DNA of 64,000 nt. Source: Candidatus Omnitrophota bacterium (lineage in GTDB: Bacteria > Omnitrophota > Gorgyraeia > Zapsychrales > Zapsychraceae). The position numbers were made by a program, and so were the translations under genes. Of the stretch, positions 1 through 9,149 are shown piece by piece. Below the pieces are notes generated by a model. That model saw only the letters and a program-made list of their open reading frames with translations, was not told the DNA's origin and searched no databases. The stretch's first letter is position 1, and every line of letters begins with the position of its first letter. The DNA is taken from assembly GCA_050250375.1 (NCBI GenBank), contig JBFWOS010000001.1:1150361-1214360 (forward strand), written 5' to 3'.

Positions 1-1
1 G

Positions 2-337
2 CAGGTCTTTCTTCAAATTTTCCAGATCGGAATCCTGTTCAATGTGAAAGAAATCGTCATATCCACAATTAATCGCTTTCTTGAGCGACCGGAATGAAAG
101 GTCAATCTGATCCAATAATGAATAACTGCAGGCCAGATTATATAAAACCACCGGATTCTGCGGGTCAATCTGGTATAACCTTTCATCCATGGCAAGCCCA
201 TCCTGATAACGGCCGACTCTGGTGTAAAGATCACCCAATAAAGCCATAGCCTCGAAAAAATCAGGTTTTTTCTTCAAAAGGCCTTCGTAAAATTCAATTT
301 CAAACTGATCCGTAGATGTCGTCTTGTTCTTAACCAT
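2..337 (-). CDS. TPR-repeat protein (partial, runs off the window start)
   Basis: Manual translation from ATG at 337: MVKNKTTSTDQFEIEFYEGLL...LGDLYTRVGRYQDGL...VVLYNLACSYSLLDQIDLSFRSLKKAINCGYDDF..DSDLENL. The YNLAC motif is TPR-like. Not in the ORF track because there is no stop in the window. Confidence 0.8.
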   Translation of the reverse strand, partial: MVKNKTTSTDQFEIEFYEGLLKKKPDFFEAMALLGDLYTRVGRYQDGLAMDERLYQIDPQNPVVLYNLACSYSLLDQIDLSFRSLKKAINCGYDDFFHIEQDSDLENLKKDL

Positions 338-346
338 CGCGTCCTT

Positions 347-1498
347 TTATTTCAAAAATAATTTAATCCGTTCAAGGGCTTCTTTAAGCTTCTGGTAACT
401 GGAGGCGTATGAAATACGGACAAATCCTTCACAGGCCGTCCCGAAAGCGACTCCGGGGACAAGAGCTACTTTTTGTTCTTTGAGCAGGTTTTGGGCAAAA
501 TCCATGGATTTTTGTTTAGTGCTGGCGATTGAAGGAAACACATAAAACGCGCCTTGCGGCAGATGGCATTTTAATCCAAGCTCGTTTAGACCGTCCACGA
601 CAAAAAGCCTGCGCCGGTTATATTCCCGTTTCATTTCCTGAACATCTTTGAATCCATGGATCAACGCCTCCCGGGCGGCCATCTGTCCGGTAATAGGCGG
701 ACACAGCATGGTATATTGATGAACTTTGGTCATGGCGGCGATGATGACCTTTGGGCCGCACGCCCAGCCAATACGAAAACCTGTCATCGCATATGATTTT
801 GAAAATCCATTGAGGTACAAGACCCTCTCTTTCATACCCGGCAAAGTTGAGATCGGAGTATGATCAAAATCATAGGTTAATTCATCATAAACCTCATCGC
901 TGACAACAATCAGATTATGTTTTTTGACCACCTTGCAAATAGCACTGAGTTCCTGTTTGGTATAAGATGTCCCCGTCGGGTTGCATGGATAGTTGAGCAT
1001 CAGCACCTTGGTGTCTTTGGTGCACGCATTTTCGATCTGTTCCGGGCTCAATTTAAAACCGTTACTGACATCCGTCTGGATGATCACCGGTATGCCCCCG
1101 GCAAGTTCAACGACCGGAGCATAAGATACATAACAGGGCTGATGAATGAGAACCTTGTCATTCGGGTTCAGAAGCGCGCGCATGGCCAAATCCAGCCCTT
1201 CCGAAACTCCGACGGTAATCAAAACCTCATCATCAAAATCATATTCCAGTTCATATCTTTTTTTAAGGAACTGGACAATCTGTTTGCGCAGTTCCGGCAT
1301 GCCTTTGTTAGACGTATAAGAGGTATACCCTTTTTCCAGGGAATGGATGGCCTCTTCCCGCACCATCCAGGGGGTAACAAAATCCGGTTCCCCTACGCCA
1401 AGAGAAATGACATCTTTCATTCCAAGGACGAGGTCAAAAAAAGCACGGATCCCCGATGGCGCCAATTTTTCTACTTTTTTAGAGATAATATATTCCAT
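347..1498 (-). CDS. PLP-dependent aminotransferase class I/II (YugH/AlaT-like)
   Basis: LGVGEPDF, NPTG, SDEVY and GFSKSYAMTGFRIG (PLP lysine) motifs. Confidence 0.93.
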   Translation of the reverse strand: MEYIISKKVEKLAPSGIRAFFDLVLGMKDVISLGVGEPDFVTPWMVREEAIHSLEKGYTSYTSNKGMPELRKQIVQFLKKRYELEYDFDDEVLITVGVSEGLDLAMRALLNPNDKVLIHQPCYVSYAPVVELAGGIPVIIQTDVSNGFKLSPEQIENACTKDTKVLMLNYPCNPTGTSYTKQELSAICKVVKKHNLIVVSDEVYDELTYDFDHTPISTLPGMKERVLYLNGFSKSYAMTGFRIGWACGPKVIIAAMTKVHQYTMLCPPITGQMAAREALIHGFKDVQEMKREYNRRRLFVVDGLNELGLKCHLPQGAFYVFPSIASTKQKSMDFAQNLLKEQKVALVPGVAFGTACEGFVRISYASSYQKLKEALERIKLFLK

Positions 1499-1504
1499 AG
1501 TTTT

Positions 1505-1942
1505 TTATTTGATTAAAGTTCCGGGAAGGTAATAAGCCCCGTCATTAAAACCATACGGCTGGCTTCCGTTTCCTTCCCACCCTTCAGCAGATTTAATGTT
1601 AAATTTAATAAACCCCTCTACGGTAAGATTTGGCGTCATTTTAATGCCGTTCATAGTCAGTCTCACCGGATTATAATCCTCCGGCACTTCGCCAAAATGA
1701 TAATCTGATATTTCACTGTCAACGAGGACTTCGAGCGCATTCTTCATTTGCGATTTTGTTTCTTCGCTGACACCCTCCATATAAAACAGGCCGTACAGGC
1801 CATCGACATCTTTTTGACTGATCCCTGTTTTAAACCGATCCATCAGTTCTTCTTTTGTATCAGGGGCATCAGCCGCCATAACCATTTGACCGGAGTATAT
1901 CCCAAAAATGACCGCCAAAATTATAATCTTGAAAATCTTCAT
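1505..1942 (-). CDS. Hypothetical secreted protein
   Basis: N-terminal signal peptide; tightly packed between the lrp and aminotransferase genes. Confidence 0.75.
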   Translation of the reverse strand: MKIFKIIILAVIFGIYSGQMVMAADAPDTKEELMDRFKTGISQKDVDGLYGLFYMEGVSEETKSQMKNALEVLVDSEISDYHFGEVPEDYNPVRLTMNGIKMTPNLTVEGFIKFNIKSAEGWEGNGSQPYGFNDGAYYLPGTLIK

Positions 1943-1951
1943 ATAGGTCCG

Positions 1952-2437
1952 TTAATAAGATATGTTTAAACGATTTCCTTCTGAGTTTTTTCTGAGGATC
2001 TGTCCGTCTTCCTTGTACTTCTTGAGAAGAAAATGGGTGGCTGTGCTGCGAACTTGTTCCATCGACGATAGTTTAGCGGCCACGAAATTAGCTACTGTCT
2101 GCAGGTTTTCTCCCTCAACCACGACCAATAAATCATAAGCCCCGGACAAAAGATAACAGCTCTTCACTTCCGGAAAACTGTAAATTCGCTCGGCAATATT
2201 TTCAAACCCGACATTTTTCTGCGGAGAAACGCTGACCTCAATCAAGGCGCGTACAGTTTCTTTTCCCTCGTTGATCATGTCATAATCAATGACCGTCTTA
2301 TACTTGACGATTGTCCCGTCTTTCTCATATTTTTTAATAGCGCTTTTAACCGCTGTTTCTGTCTTCCCGGTTAATTTGGCAATTTCAGCCGCACTGACCC
2401 GTGCGTCATTTGACAATATCTCTAATATCTCATCCAT
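1952..2437 (-). CDS. Lrp/AsnC family transcriptional regulator (YugG/AlaR-like)
   Basis: N-terminal HTH (ILSNDARVSAAEIAK) and RAM domain (SGAYDLLVVVEG). Confidence 0.92.
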   Translation of the reverse strand: MDEILEILSNDARVSAAEIAKLTGKTETAVKSAIKKYEKDGTIVKYKTVIDYDMINEGKETVRALIEVSVSPQKNVGFENIAERIYSFPEVKSCYLLSGAYDLLVVVEGENLQTVANFVAAKLSSMEQVRSTATHFLLKKYKEDGQILRKNSEGNRLNISY

Positions 2438-2528
2438 TGAATGCTCCTATTTTAATGGTCAATTCATTCATAAAAACGGAGGGCCAGCCCATCCTTTTTC
2501 AATAAAATAAAAAAACATATTAGCCAAC

Positions 2529-2556
2529 ATTATAACATGGAACCCAAAAAAGCCAA
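2529..2556 (-). promoter_or_regulatory. Sigma70-type promoter for the lrp operon
   Basis: Minus strand TTGGCT-N16-TATAAT with extended TG. Confidence 0.55.
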
Positions 2557-2626
2557 TTGTTATCAGGAGTGTATGATTTTTACTAAAAACTAGGGAGACT
2601 GCATGAAAACCGCGCTACGGGTGAGA

Positions 2627-3652
2627 TTATTCCTGGCTTTTAAGCTTGGGGCTCATCTCATCAATCCTGGCCTGGAGTTTTTGATTTTCCTGATCAAATT
2701 GCATGATCCCCCGGATCAATTCATTCTTGCGGTCTTGAAGGCTTAACGAAGTCGCGACTTTATCAGACAATTGGTTATGTTCGGCCTTAAGGCTGTCAAC
2801 GCGGCTTTTAAGCTCCTGTCTTTCCTTTTCGATCTTTGTCAGGAACTGTTCGGCCGATTTTTCTTTCAACATTTTTTTGTCTTTAAGGATTGTCAGCTCT
2901 CTTTCCTTAAATTCTTTCTTCTTTTCAAGAGAGAGAATTTTTTCTTCGAGGTTCTGGTTTTCCTTTTCCAAAAGCGGGATCTGCGCGGGCGCCGTTTTCA
3001 TTGACTCTTCTTTGCGGGTGATCTGTTCGACCAACTGGCGTTCTTTTTGCATCGCTTCCTGGACAGCAATTTTTTTCTGCTCCAGCAAGACAAGAGCCTC
3101 ACGTTCCTTGTCCTGATTCTGGACTTTGATCAGTTTTAGTTCAAGTTCCAATTCACGCCGTTGATATTGCAGGTCAGCCAGATGAAGTTCCAGTAGCGAC
3201 AGATGTTCGCTATAGTCCATTAATTCGCCGTTCAAGTACCGTTTTTGACTGCCGTCCATTTGTTGTCCGTCAAGATACTGATCCATTTCTTGCTGGACCA
3301 GATTCATGGGGCGTACTTGCGGTTGAAATAATTCCCGGCTCTTTAGTTCAACATCTTCATGATCCAGCCGCTTCTGAGTTTGAAGGATATGCCATTGTTC
3401 TTTTAAGCGGGAATATCGTTCTTCCAACTTTTTGTTCTCGGTGATTAGAGCGGTAATATCATCTTTAAGGGTTTTCATCGTGTCATAGCGGGATGTCCTG
3501 GACTGGTAAAACGGCTCATGCGGATCTTCCGCACCCAGCGGAACAGCCCCCGTTACAAAGGCGATTGAAAAAAGCATCATGGTTATGAAATTTCGCTGGA
3601 TGGATTTCAACATGGTTTTATTATAATTAGAGAAGATTGGGCCTGCAATCAT
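2627..3652 (-). CDS. Hypothetical coiled-coil protein, probably exported
   Basis: Hydrophobic N-terminal segment followed by long E/K/Q/L-rich heptad pattern; true start may be slightly downstream. Confidence 0.7.
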   Translation of the reverse strand: MIAGPIFSNYNKTMLKSIQRNFITMMLFSIAFVTGAVPLGAEDPHEPFYQSRTSRYDTMKTLKDDITALITENKKLEERYSRLKEQWHILQTQKRLDHEDVELKSRELFQPQVRPMNLVQQEMDQYLDGQQMDGSQKRYLNGELMDYSEHLSLLELHLADLQYQRRELELELKLIKVQNQDKEREALVLLEQKKIAVQEAMQKERQLVEQITRKEESMKTAPAQIPLLEKENQNLEEKILSLEKKKEFKERELTILKDKKMLKEKSAEQFLTKIEKERQELKSRVDSLKAEHNQLSDKVATSLSLQDRKNELIRGIMQFDQENQKLQARIDEMSPKLKSQE

Positions 3653-3666
3653 AAACTAAGAATTTA

Positions 3667-4482
3667 TCAATATTTTGGGTATCGCCGATAAAGTTCCTGG
3701 AACAGAACAGTGCCCGGATTCCGTTTACCTCCGATTAAACGTTTGTTAACGGATGCCCCCGCTTTTATGCCGATTAGAGAATTGGTCAAGAAAAATTCAT
3801 CGGCGTTGTACAACCGGTTCAGTTTAAATCGCCCGGTCTGAACCGGAAAACCCGCCTGTCTGGCCAAACGAATAACCACTTGCCGGACAATACCGTTCAA
3901 ACACCCTGTGTCGACGGATGGTGTAAAGAGCACCCCTTTTTCAATAAAAAATACATTGGTGGTTGCCCCTTCAACTAAAACACCGGTTGGGTCGAGCAGG
4001 ACGGCTTCATCATACCCTTTTGATTTTGCGTCCTGGTTTGCCGTAAAATACGGTTCATACGTCAACGCCTTTACATGTGAAAATTTATTCTTCTTTCGAG
4101 GATAATCGGAAACCATGACTTTAATGGAAGGCCGGCGCACGGTGTCGGAATGGAGCGGCGCCGTAACAATATTAAAGAAATTCTGACCCTGATCCTTGTA
4201 CGCGCAAAGCCTGACCCGCCCCTCGGTCAACTGATTTAATTGAATCGCCTTCCGGATCATTCGCAACAATTGTGACGATGAATACGAAGTGTCCATCTTA
4301 AAAAGACGGACACCCCGCTGAAAACGTTGAAAATGTTTCTCCCAAAAGCATACCTGTCCATGCTCCACCAAGATGGTTTCAAAAACCCCCTCTCCCCTAA
4401 TCACTCCGGGAGACAAGGAATAAAGTAATTCCTGAGGAGCTTCAATCCATTGCCGGTTTAAATTAATGATTGGGCTTTTCAT
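3667..4482 (-). CDS. pabC: Aminotransferase class IV, 4-amino-4-deoxychorismate lyase-like
   Basis: GEGVFET, EGATTNVF, LNGIVR and FLTNSL motifs; adjacent to pabB. Confidence 0.8.
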   Translation of the reverse strand: MKSPIINLNRQWIEAPQELLYSLSPGVIRGEGVFETILVEHGQVCFWEKHFQRFQRGVRLFKMDTSYSSSQLLRMIRKAIQLNQLTEGRVRLCAYKDQGQNFFNIVTAPLHSDTVRRPSIKVMVSDYPRKKNKFSHVKALTYEPYFTANQDAKSKGYDEAVLLDPTGVLVEGATTNVFFIEKGVLFTPSVDTGCLNGIVRQVVIRLARQAGFPVQTGRFKLNRLYNADEFFLTNSLIGIKAGASVNKRLIGGKRNPGTVLFQELYRRYPKY

Positions 4483-4490
4483 GTTAAAAG

Positions 4491-5897
4491 TTACACATTT
4501 TGAAAGTTCGGCGCATGGTTCATCACGGCTTTGAGGCAGGATTGAATGGCCCGGGCTTTAACCAGAGTTTCCGCATATTCCCCATCCGGAGTAGATTCGG
4601 CGACGATCCCGCCTCCGACCTGAACAAAAAAACGGTCCTGATGGGATAAAATGGTGCGGATTAGAATATTAAAATCCATTTGCCGGTTGAAGCCGATATA
4701 TCCGCAGGCCCCGGTATATATAGATCTTCTTGTCGGTTCCAATTCTTCGATAATGTTCATGGCCCTGATTTTCGGACATCCGGTAATTGACCCACCCGGA
4801 AAACAAGCCGACAGGACGTCAAATGGATCCTTATCTTCACGTAAAACGCCTTCGATCGTTGACGTCGTTTGAAAGACTGTCGAATATTCTTCGACGGTCC
4901 GCATATCCTTGACCTTTATGGAGCCATACTCGCAAACGCGGCCGAAGTCATTGCGTTCCAGATCGGTAATCATCAAGAGTTCAGCCTTATCTTTTTCTGA
5001 GGATATAATTTCCTTGCGGTAACGGCGGTCTTCTTCCGGCGTTTCTCCACGCGGCCGGGTTCCCTTCATCGGCTGCGTCTGCAGGATTTTACCTCTCAAC
5101 TGCAAATATCTTTCCGGGGAACTGCTGATCACCTGAAACAGCCCGCCGTCAAAATATACGCCAAATCTCGATGGTGAATGTTGTCTCAGAGATTGATACA
5201 ATACCAACGGGTCCACGTTAGGGCCGTGCGGGATTGAAAACCTCTGGGATAAATTGACCTGATAAATATCTCCTTCAGAAATATAGTCAAGCGCTTTGCG
5301 GACAGCATCTTTGTATTTCGTCGGCGTAAAATTGCAATCCCAGTCCATATGCTTACGGGCATTGGCAGGAATTAATTCAATTTCCGGGAGGGTGATTCGC
5401 GTCAGTCGATCCAGCCTGTCTTTGATAAAGTTGATCCGGTCCCGTGCCCGTTTTAACCGTTTGCCCGGTTCCTGTTCGGGGTAGCCGCTTGATGTGATGT
5501 GCAATTTCCCGAATACATGGTCGATCGTGATAATACAATCATAAAATCCGAACAAACAATCCGGCAGGTCAAAGTCATCAACCGATTTGAGCTGGATATT
5601 TTCCTGGTATAACCCGTAATCGTAACCGATAAAACCAACAATGCCCGCTGGCAGAACATCATCAGCGGAGCCTTCAAAACAATAGGCCGTAAAATCCTTC
5701 TTCAACCGGTCAAAGTTGGAACGACGTTTATGCTGATAAACTTTAAACGGATCAAATCCGAAAAATGAATACCTTCCCCTGTGCGGGTCAGGCAGGCTGC
5801 TGTCCAGCAAAAAACAGTATGGTTCGCCTTCAAAGGCTTTAAGAAGCATGAACGGATCACAGGTTAATTCAATAGTTTCTTTAAGATAATTTTTCAT
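4491..5897 (-). CDS. pabB: Aminodeoxychorismate synthase component I
   Basis: GDIYQVNLSQR, SPERY, PMKGTRPRG, MITDLERND and FPGGSITGCPK motifs. Confidence 0.9.
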   Translation of the reverse strand: MKNYLKETIELTCDPFMLLKAFEGEPYCFLLDSSLPDPHRGRYSFFGFDPFKVYQHKRRSNFDRLKKDFTAYCFEGSADDVLPAGIVGFIGYDYGLYQENIQLKSVDDFDLPDCLFGFYDCIITIDHVFGKLHITSSGYPEQEPGKRLKRARDRINFIKDRLDRLTRITLPEIELIPANARKHMDWDCNFTPTKYKDAVRKALDYISEGDIYQVNLSQRFSIPHGPNVDPLVLYQSLRQHSPSRFGVYFDGGLFQVISSSPERYLQLRGKILQTQPMKGTRPRGETPEEDRRYRKEIISSEKDKAELLMITDLERNDFGRVCEYGSIKVKDMRTVEEYSTVFQTTSTIEGVLREDKDPFDVLSACFPGGSITGCPKIRAMNIIEELEPTRRSIYTGACGYIGFNRQMDFNILIRTILSHQDRFFVQVGGGIVAESTPDGEYAETLVKARAIQSCLKAVMNHAPNFQNV

Positions 5898-5910
5898 AAA
5901 TATGGATTAA

Positions 5911-6327
5911 TTATTCACCCAGGAATTGCAGGACGATTTGCCGCTGGCGGGGACGGTTATCCAGATCGATAAAAACGATCTGTTGCCACGTGCCCAGCAC
6001 CATTTTACGGTTATTGAAGGGAATCGTCAAGGAGGGACCGATCAGGGAGGCCCGCAGATGGGAATGACCGTTACCGTCTCCCCAGGCCTGGTCGTGGTGA
6101 TAATTTCCTTCCGGTATTAATTGATCAAGGATCTCTTTGATGTCTTTTTTCAGGCCCGGTTCGTATTCAATGGTCGTCACCGCTCCGGTTGACCCGATGA
6201 CGCTGATATTGACAAGGCCGTCATTAAGATCCAGCCCATTGAGAACTTCCGACACTTCAGGGGTAATGTCGATAACATCCACGTTGCCTTTGGTTTTCAA
6301 GTTCAGTGTTTTAGACCGGACCGCCAT
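5911..6327 (-). CDS. yjbQ: YjbQ/UPF0047 family protein
   Basis: NGHSHLRASLIGPS and LGTWQQI motifs. Confidence 0.9.
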   Translation of the reverse strand: MAVRSKTLNLKTKGNVDVIDITPEVSEVLNGLDLNDGLVNISVIGSTGAVTTIEYEPGLKKDIKEILDQLIPEGNYHHDQAWGDGNGHSHLRASLIGPSLTIPFNNRKMVLGTWQQIVFIDLDNRPRQRQIVLQFLGE

Positions 6328-6329
6328 GG

Positions 6330-6650
6330 TTATTTTACACGGCTGCCCAGGGCCACATCTTTCTCCGGGCTGATCAACACAGGGCCGTTTTCATCCGACG
6401 CCGCCAGCAACATCCCCTGGGACTCTTCCCCGCGCAATACCGCCGGCTCCAGGTTGGCGATGACGACAATCTTTTTACCGACCAATTGTTCCGCTGTGTA
6501 GGTTGAACGGATGCCGGCCACCAGCTGGCGTTCTTCACCGCCGAGATCAATCTTCAGCACAAAAAGCCGGTCGGCATTAGGATGATTCTTGGCTTCTTTT
6601 ATTTGAGCAATCTTAAATTCGAGTTTGAGAAAATCTTCGATCGTTGCCAT
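6330..6650 (-). CDS. Stand-alone tRNA-binding OB-fold protein (MetRS C-terminal/Trbp111/CsaA-like)
   Basis: HPNADRL...IDLGGEERQLVAGI...NLEPAVLRGEESQGMLLA; start placed at ATG 6650 after an AAGGA RBS. Confidence 0.88.
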   Translation of the reverse strand: MATIEDFLKLEFKIAQIKEAKNHPNADRLFVLKIDLGGEERQLVAGIRSTYTAEQLVGKKIVVIANLEPAVLRGEESQGMLLAASDENGPVLISPEKDVALGSRVK

Positions 6651-6687
6651 TTTATTCCTTATCATTCAGTAAGTTAATAATTCGGGT

Positions 6688-7416
6688 CTAATTTATTCCA
6701 CAGTTAAACGCAATTGTGGCGCACTCTTCCATCGGGGCCTCTTCACCCAGTTTCATAAACCCCAGCAATAGATCATCGCTGAAACCTGTCATCATGCCCT
6801 GCGGGAGAAATTTGAGAAAGAAACCGTTCTTTTTCTTAACCTTGAGGCCCGCCGCGGTGATGTCTTTTTCCATTGAGGAAACCGTATAAACTCTGCGGTG
6901 CCCCATCTGCTTGTCGGTTGAACCGATATCACTTATTTTTTTATGAAGATTCATTTTAACGGCGACACGGCGATGATAAGAGTTCGCATTTGGAACAATC
7001 ACAATCATCTGGCCTCCCGGCTTGATCCATGCCCTGGCCTTTTTCATAATATTGACCGGATTGTCAACATGCTCCAGAATAAACGAAGCAATGACAGAAT
7101 CAAATTTGACGGCCGGCTTGAAATCCTCGAACAAATTGTTAAATGTCGTAATTTTCTTGCCGTATTTATTTTTGGCCTGATTCAGCAAAATTTCTGATGC
7201 GTCGACAATAGAGGACTTCCCGAACTTCTTAATCACGCTTGTTGTCCAAGCATCATCTCCAAACCCCATTTCAAGCACGTCCGGTCCCTTGATCCAGGGC
7301 ATAATTTGGCCAACCACCATCGCCAGTATCTTGCGGTCAATGATACGGCCGGGATCAGTGTCGATATATTCACCCGCGATTTTTTCCAGCATATTTTTTT
7401 CTTTTTTAAGATCCAT
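6688..7416 (-). CDS. Class I SAM-dependent methyltransferase
   Basis: VLEMGFG motif I; LEHVDNP; KPGG. Confidence 0.88.
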   Translation of the reverse strand: MDLKKEKNMLEKIAGEYIDTDPGRIIDRKILAMVVGQIMPWIKGPDVLEMGFGDDAWTTSVIKKFGKSSIVDASEILLNQAKNKYGKKITTFNNLFEDFKPAVKFDSVIASFILEHVDNPVNIMKKARAWIKPGGQMIVIVPNANSYHRRVAVKMNLHKKISDIGSTDKQMGHRRVYTVSSMEKDITAAGLKVKKKNGFFLKFLPQGMMTGFSDDLLLGFMKLGEEAPMEECATIAFNCGIN

Positions 7417-7433
7417 AATTTCCCTTTAAAAAA

Positions 7434-8351
7434 CTAATTCAGATCAACAATATTGTCAATCACATAAATCTTGTTCGGACGTACGGCTTCAAAAGTTCTC
7501 CATAAATATTCCCCGATAATCCCTAAAGCCATATTGGTTACGCCTAACCCGGTCAATAAAACGGCCAGAATCATCCTTTCAACGGAGATCCCGGCCACAC
7601 ACAGTATCTGGATGAAATAGAGAACGCCCGCGGCAAAAAAAACAAAACCGATAAGACTTATGCCCCGCACCGGCGCGTAAGAAAATGAAACAAATGAATC
7701 AATCATAAGTTTGATGTTTTTCCGCCAGGTCCATTTTGATTGCCCGGCCTGCCGTTCCAGCTTCCTGCCGGGAATAGCCGTCTGTTTAAATCCAAGGGAT
7801 ATCATCCGAAGTAAAATGGAAGAGTTCGACTCCGCGTGATCCTCCAACTCTTGGCGCACTTTTCGATGAAACATAACAATATCAAAACCATTAACCGGAT
7901 AGTCCGCGCAAACATAAGACCGCATCAAAGCCGCATAACCTTTCGAAAATACCCGTTTTAAAAACGGATCGCCAACAGAGTCCCGTTCCAGACGGACAAG
8001 GTCAAAACCCTCAAGACATTTACGATACAACTGGCCGACAATTTCCAGCGGATATTGCAAATCAGCCGCCAGATACGTCGTATAAAGGCCCCGGGAAGCG
8101 CGGATTCCGGCGAACAAGGCCGCATGCGAACCGAAATTCCTGGAAAACCTTATTATCCTAGCCGCATAAAATTTGTGTGAAGCTTGTTTGATCTTTTGAA
8201 AAGTCCCGTCCGTTGATCCGTCATCAATGAAGATAACTTCACATTTAACCGGATCCATTGTTTGCACATACCGGGTGATCTCAGCGATTAACCGTTCCAC
8301 ATTGTCTTCTTCATTGAAACAGGGAATTATTATTGTGATATCGTAATTCAT
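7434..8351 (-). CDS. GT2 glycosyltransferase, GtrB/DPM1-like (polyprenyl-phosphate glycosyltransferase)
   Basis: IIPCFNEE, DDGSTDGT, SRNFGSHAA, ADLQYP; two C-terminal TM helices. Confidence 0.9.
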   Translation of the reverse strand: MNYDITIIIPCFNEEDNVERLIAEITRYVQTMDPVKCEVIFIDDGSTDGTFQKIKQASHKFYAARIIRFSRNFGSHAALFAGIRASRGLYTTYLAADLQYPLEIVGQLYRKCLEGFDLVRLERDSVGDPFLKRVFSKGYAALMRSYVCADYPVNGFDIVMFHRKVRQELEDHAESNSSILLRMISLGFKQTAIPGRKLERQAGQSKWTWRKNIKLMIDSFVSFSYAPVRGISLIGFVFFAAGVLYFIQILCVAGISVERMILAVLLTGLGVTNMALGIIGEYLWRTFEAVRPNKIYVIDNIVDLN

Positions 8352-8361
8352 GGTAATCCTT

Positions 8362-8910
8362 TTATAATTCTTTCAAAGGGATGGAATGAAAGGGTCTATA
8401 TTTTCTTAGCACCTGGTCAAGACCTGCCGGATCAAACGTAAACCATGTTTCCTTTTGATCCTGCCGGGATATTTTCGAACCGAAAGACTTATGAAAATTG
8501 ATCACGTTCACATTCCCGTTTTGTACCCCAAAATATAATTCGTTCAACTGAAGTGTATTAAAAGCAAAATGGTACATCAGGACCGCTGATTCAAATGCGA
8601 CAAAGAATCCCGCCTTTTCCTGTATGACCCATCGACCCCATTCGGCGCGTTTTTTGGCAAAATCAATGTCATACACCGCAATCGTTCCATACAAACTACC
8701 GTCAGGACTTTCGATGATCAAATGATAGTCATTATCCGCTGCACGTTTTTTCTCAATCCAGTTTTCCTGATTTCCAAGGGACGGATCGGTTATTCCGATA
8801 AATCCGTTTAACCGCGGGTTGAGCCTCAATTCCAGAATGAAGGCCGCGTCTTTTTTATCGGCAGAACGCAGACAAACATTTCGCCCGTGGATTACTTCTT
8901 TTAAAATCAT
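8362..8910 (-). CDS. GNAT N-acyltransferase (RimJ/RimL/PseH-like)
   Basis: RAEWGRW and NVNVINFHKSFG GNAT motifs. Confidence 0.82.
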   Translation of the reverse strand: MILKEVIHGRNVCLRSADKKDAAFILELRLNPRLNGFIGITDPSLGNQENWIEKKRAADNDYHLIIESPDGSLYGTIAVYDIDFAKKRAEWGRWVIQEKAGFFVAFESAVLMYHFAFNTLQLNELYFGVQNGNVNVINFHKSFGSKISRQDQKETWFTFDPAGLDQVLRKYRPFHSIPLKEL

Positions 8911-9149
8911 ATTTTCCGAGCCGCAATTCCGTCAACGATATCCTTAACCGTCTTCATCCGGATAAGATCCTGCATATCGAAATTGGTTTTAAATTCCTGT
9001 TCAATTTTAAGAAACAAGTTCAATTGTTCCAGTGAATCAAAATGCTTGAGTTGCCCTATCTCCGTCTCCAAAGTCAATTTTCTTAAATCTTCTTTAAAAA
9101 CCGAAGCAACCAAACTCACTGTTTTCTGAATAATTTCATTCCGTTCCAT
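8907..9149 (-). CDS. Acyl carrier protein
   Basis: 80 aa with FDSL phosphopantetheine motif; translationally coupled to neighbours. Confidence 0.85.
   Translation of the reverse strand: MERNEIIQKTVSLVASVFKEDLRKLTLETEIGQLKHFDSLEQLNLFLKIEQEFKTNFDMQDLIRMKTVKDIVDGIAARKI

Noticed and set aside
13-234. 73-aa ORF from the track
   Set aside because: Wrong frame; the TPR protein starting at 337 covers this region.
917-1516. Long antisense ORFs (e.g. 917-1516, 36073-36567, 36856-37299, 41467-41880)
   Set aside because: Shadows of well-conserved genes on the opposite strand with no recognisable motifs.
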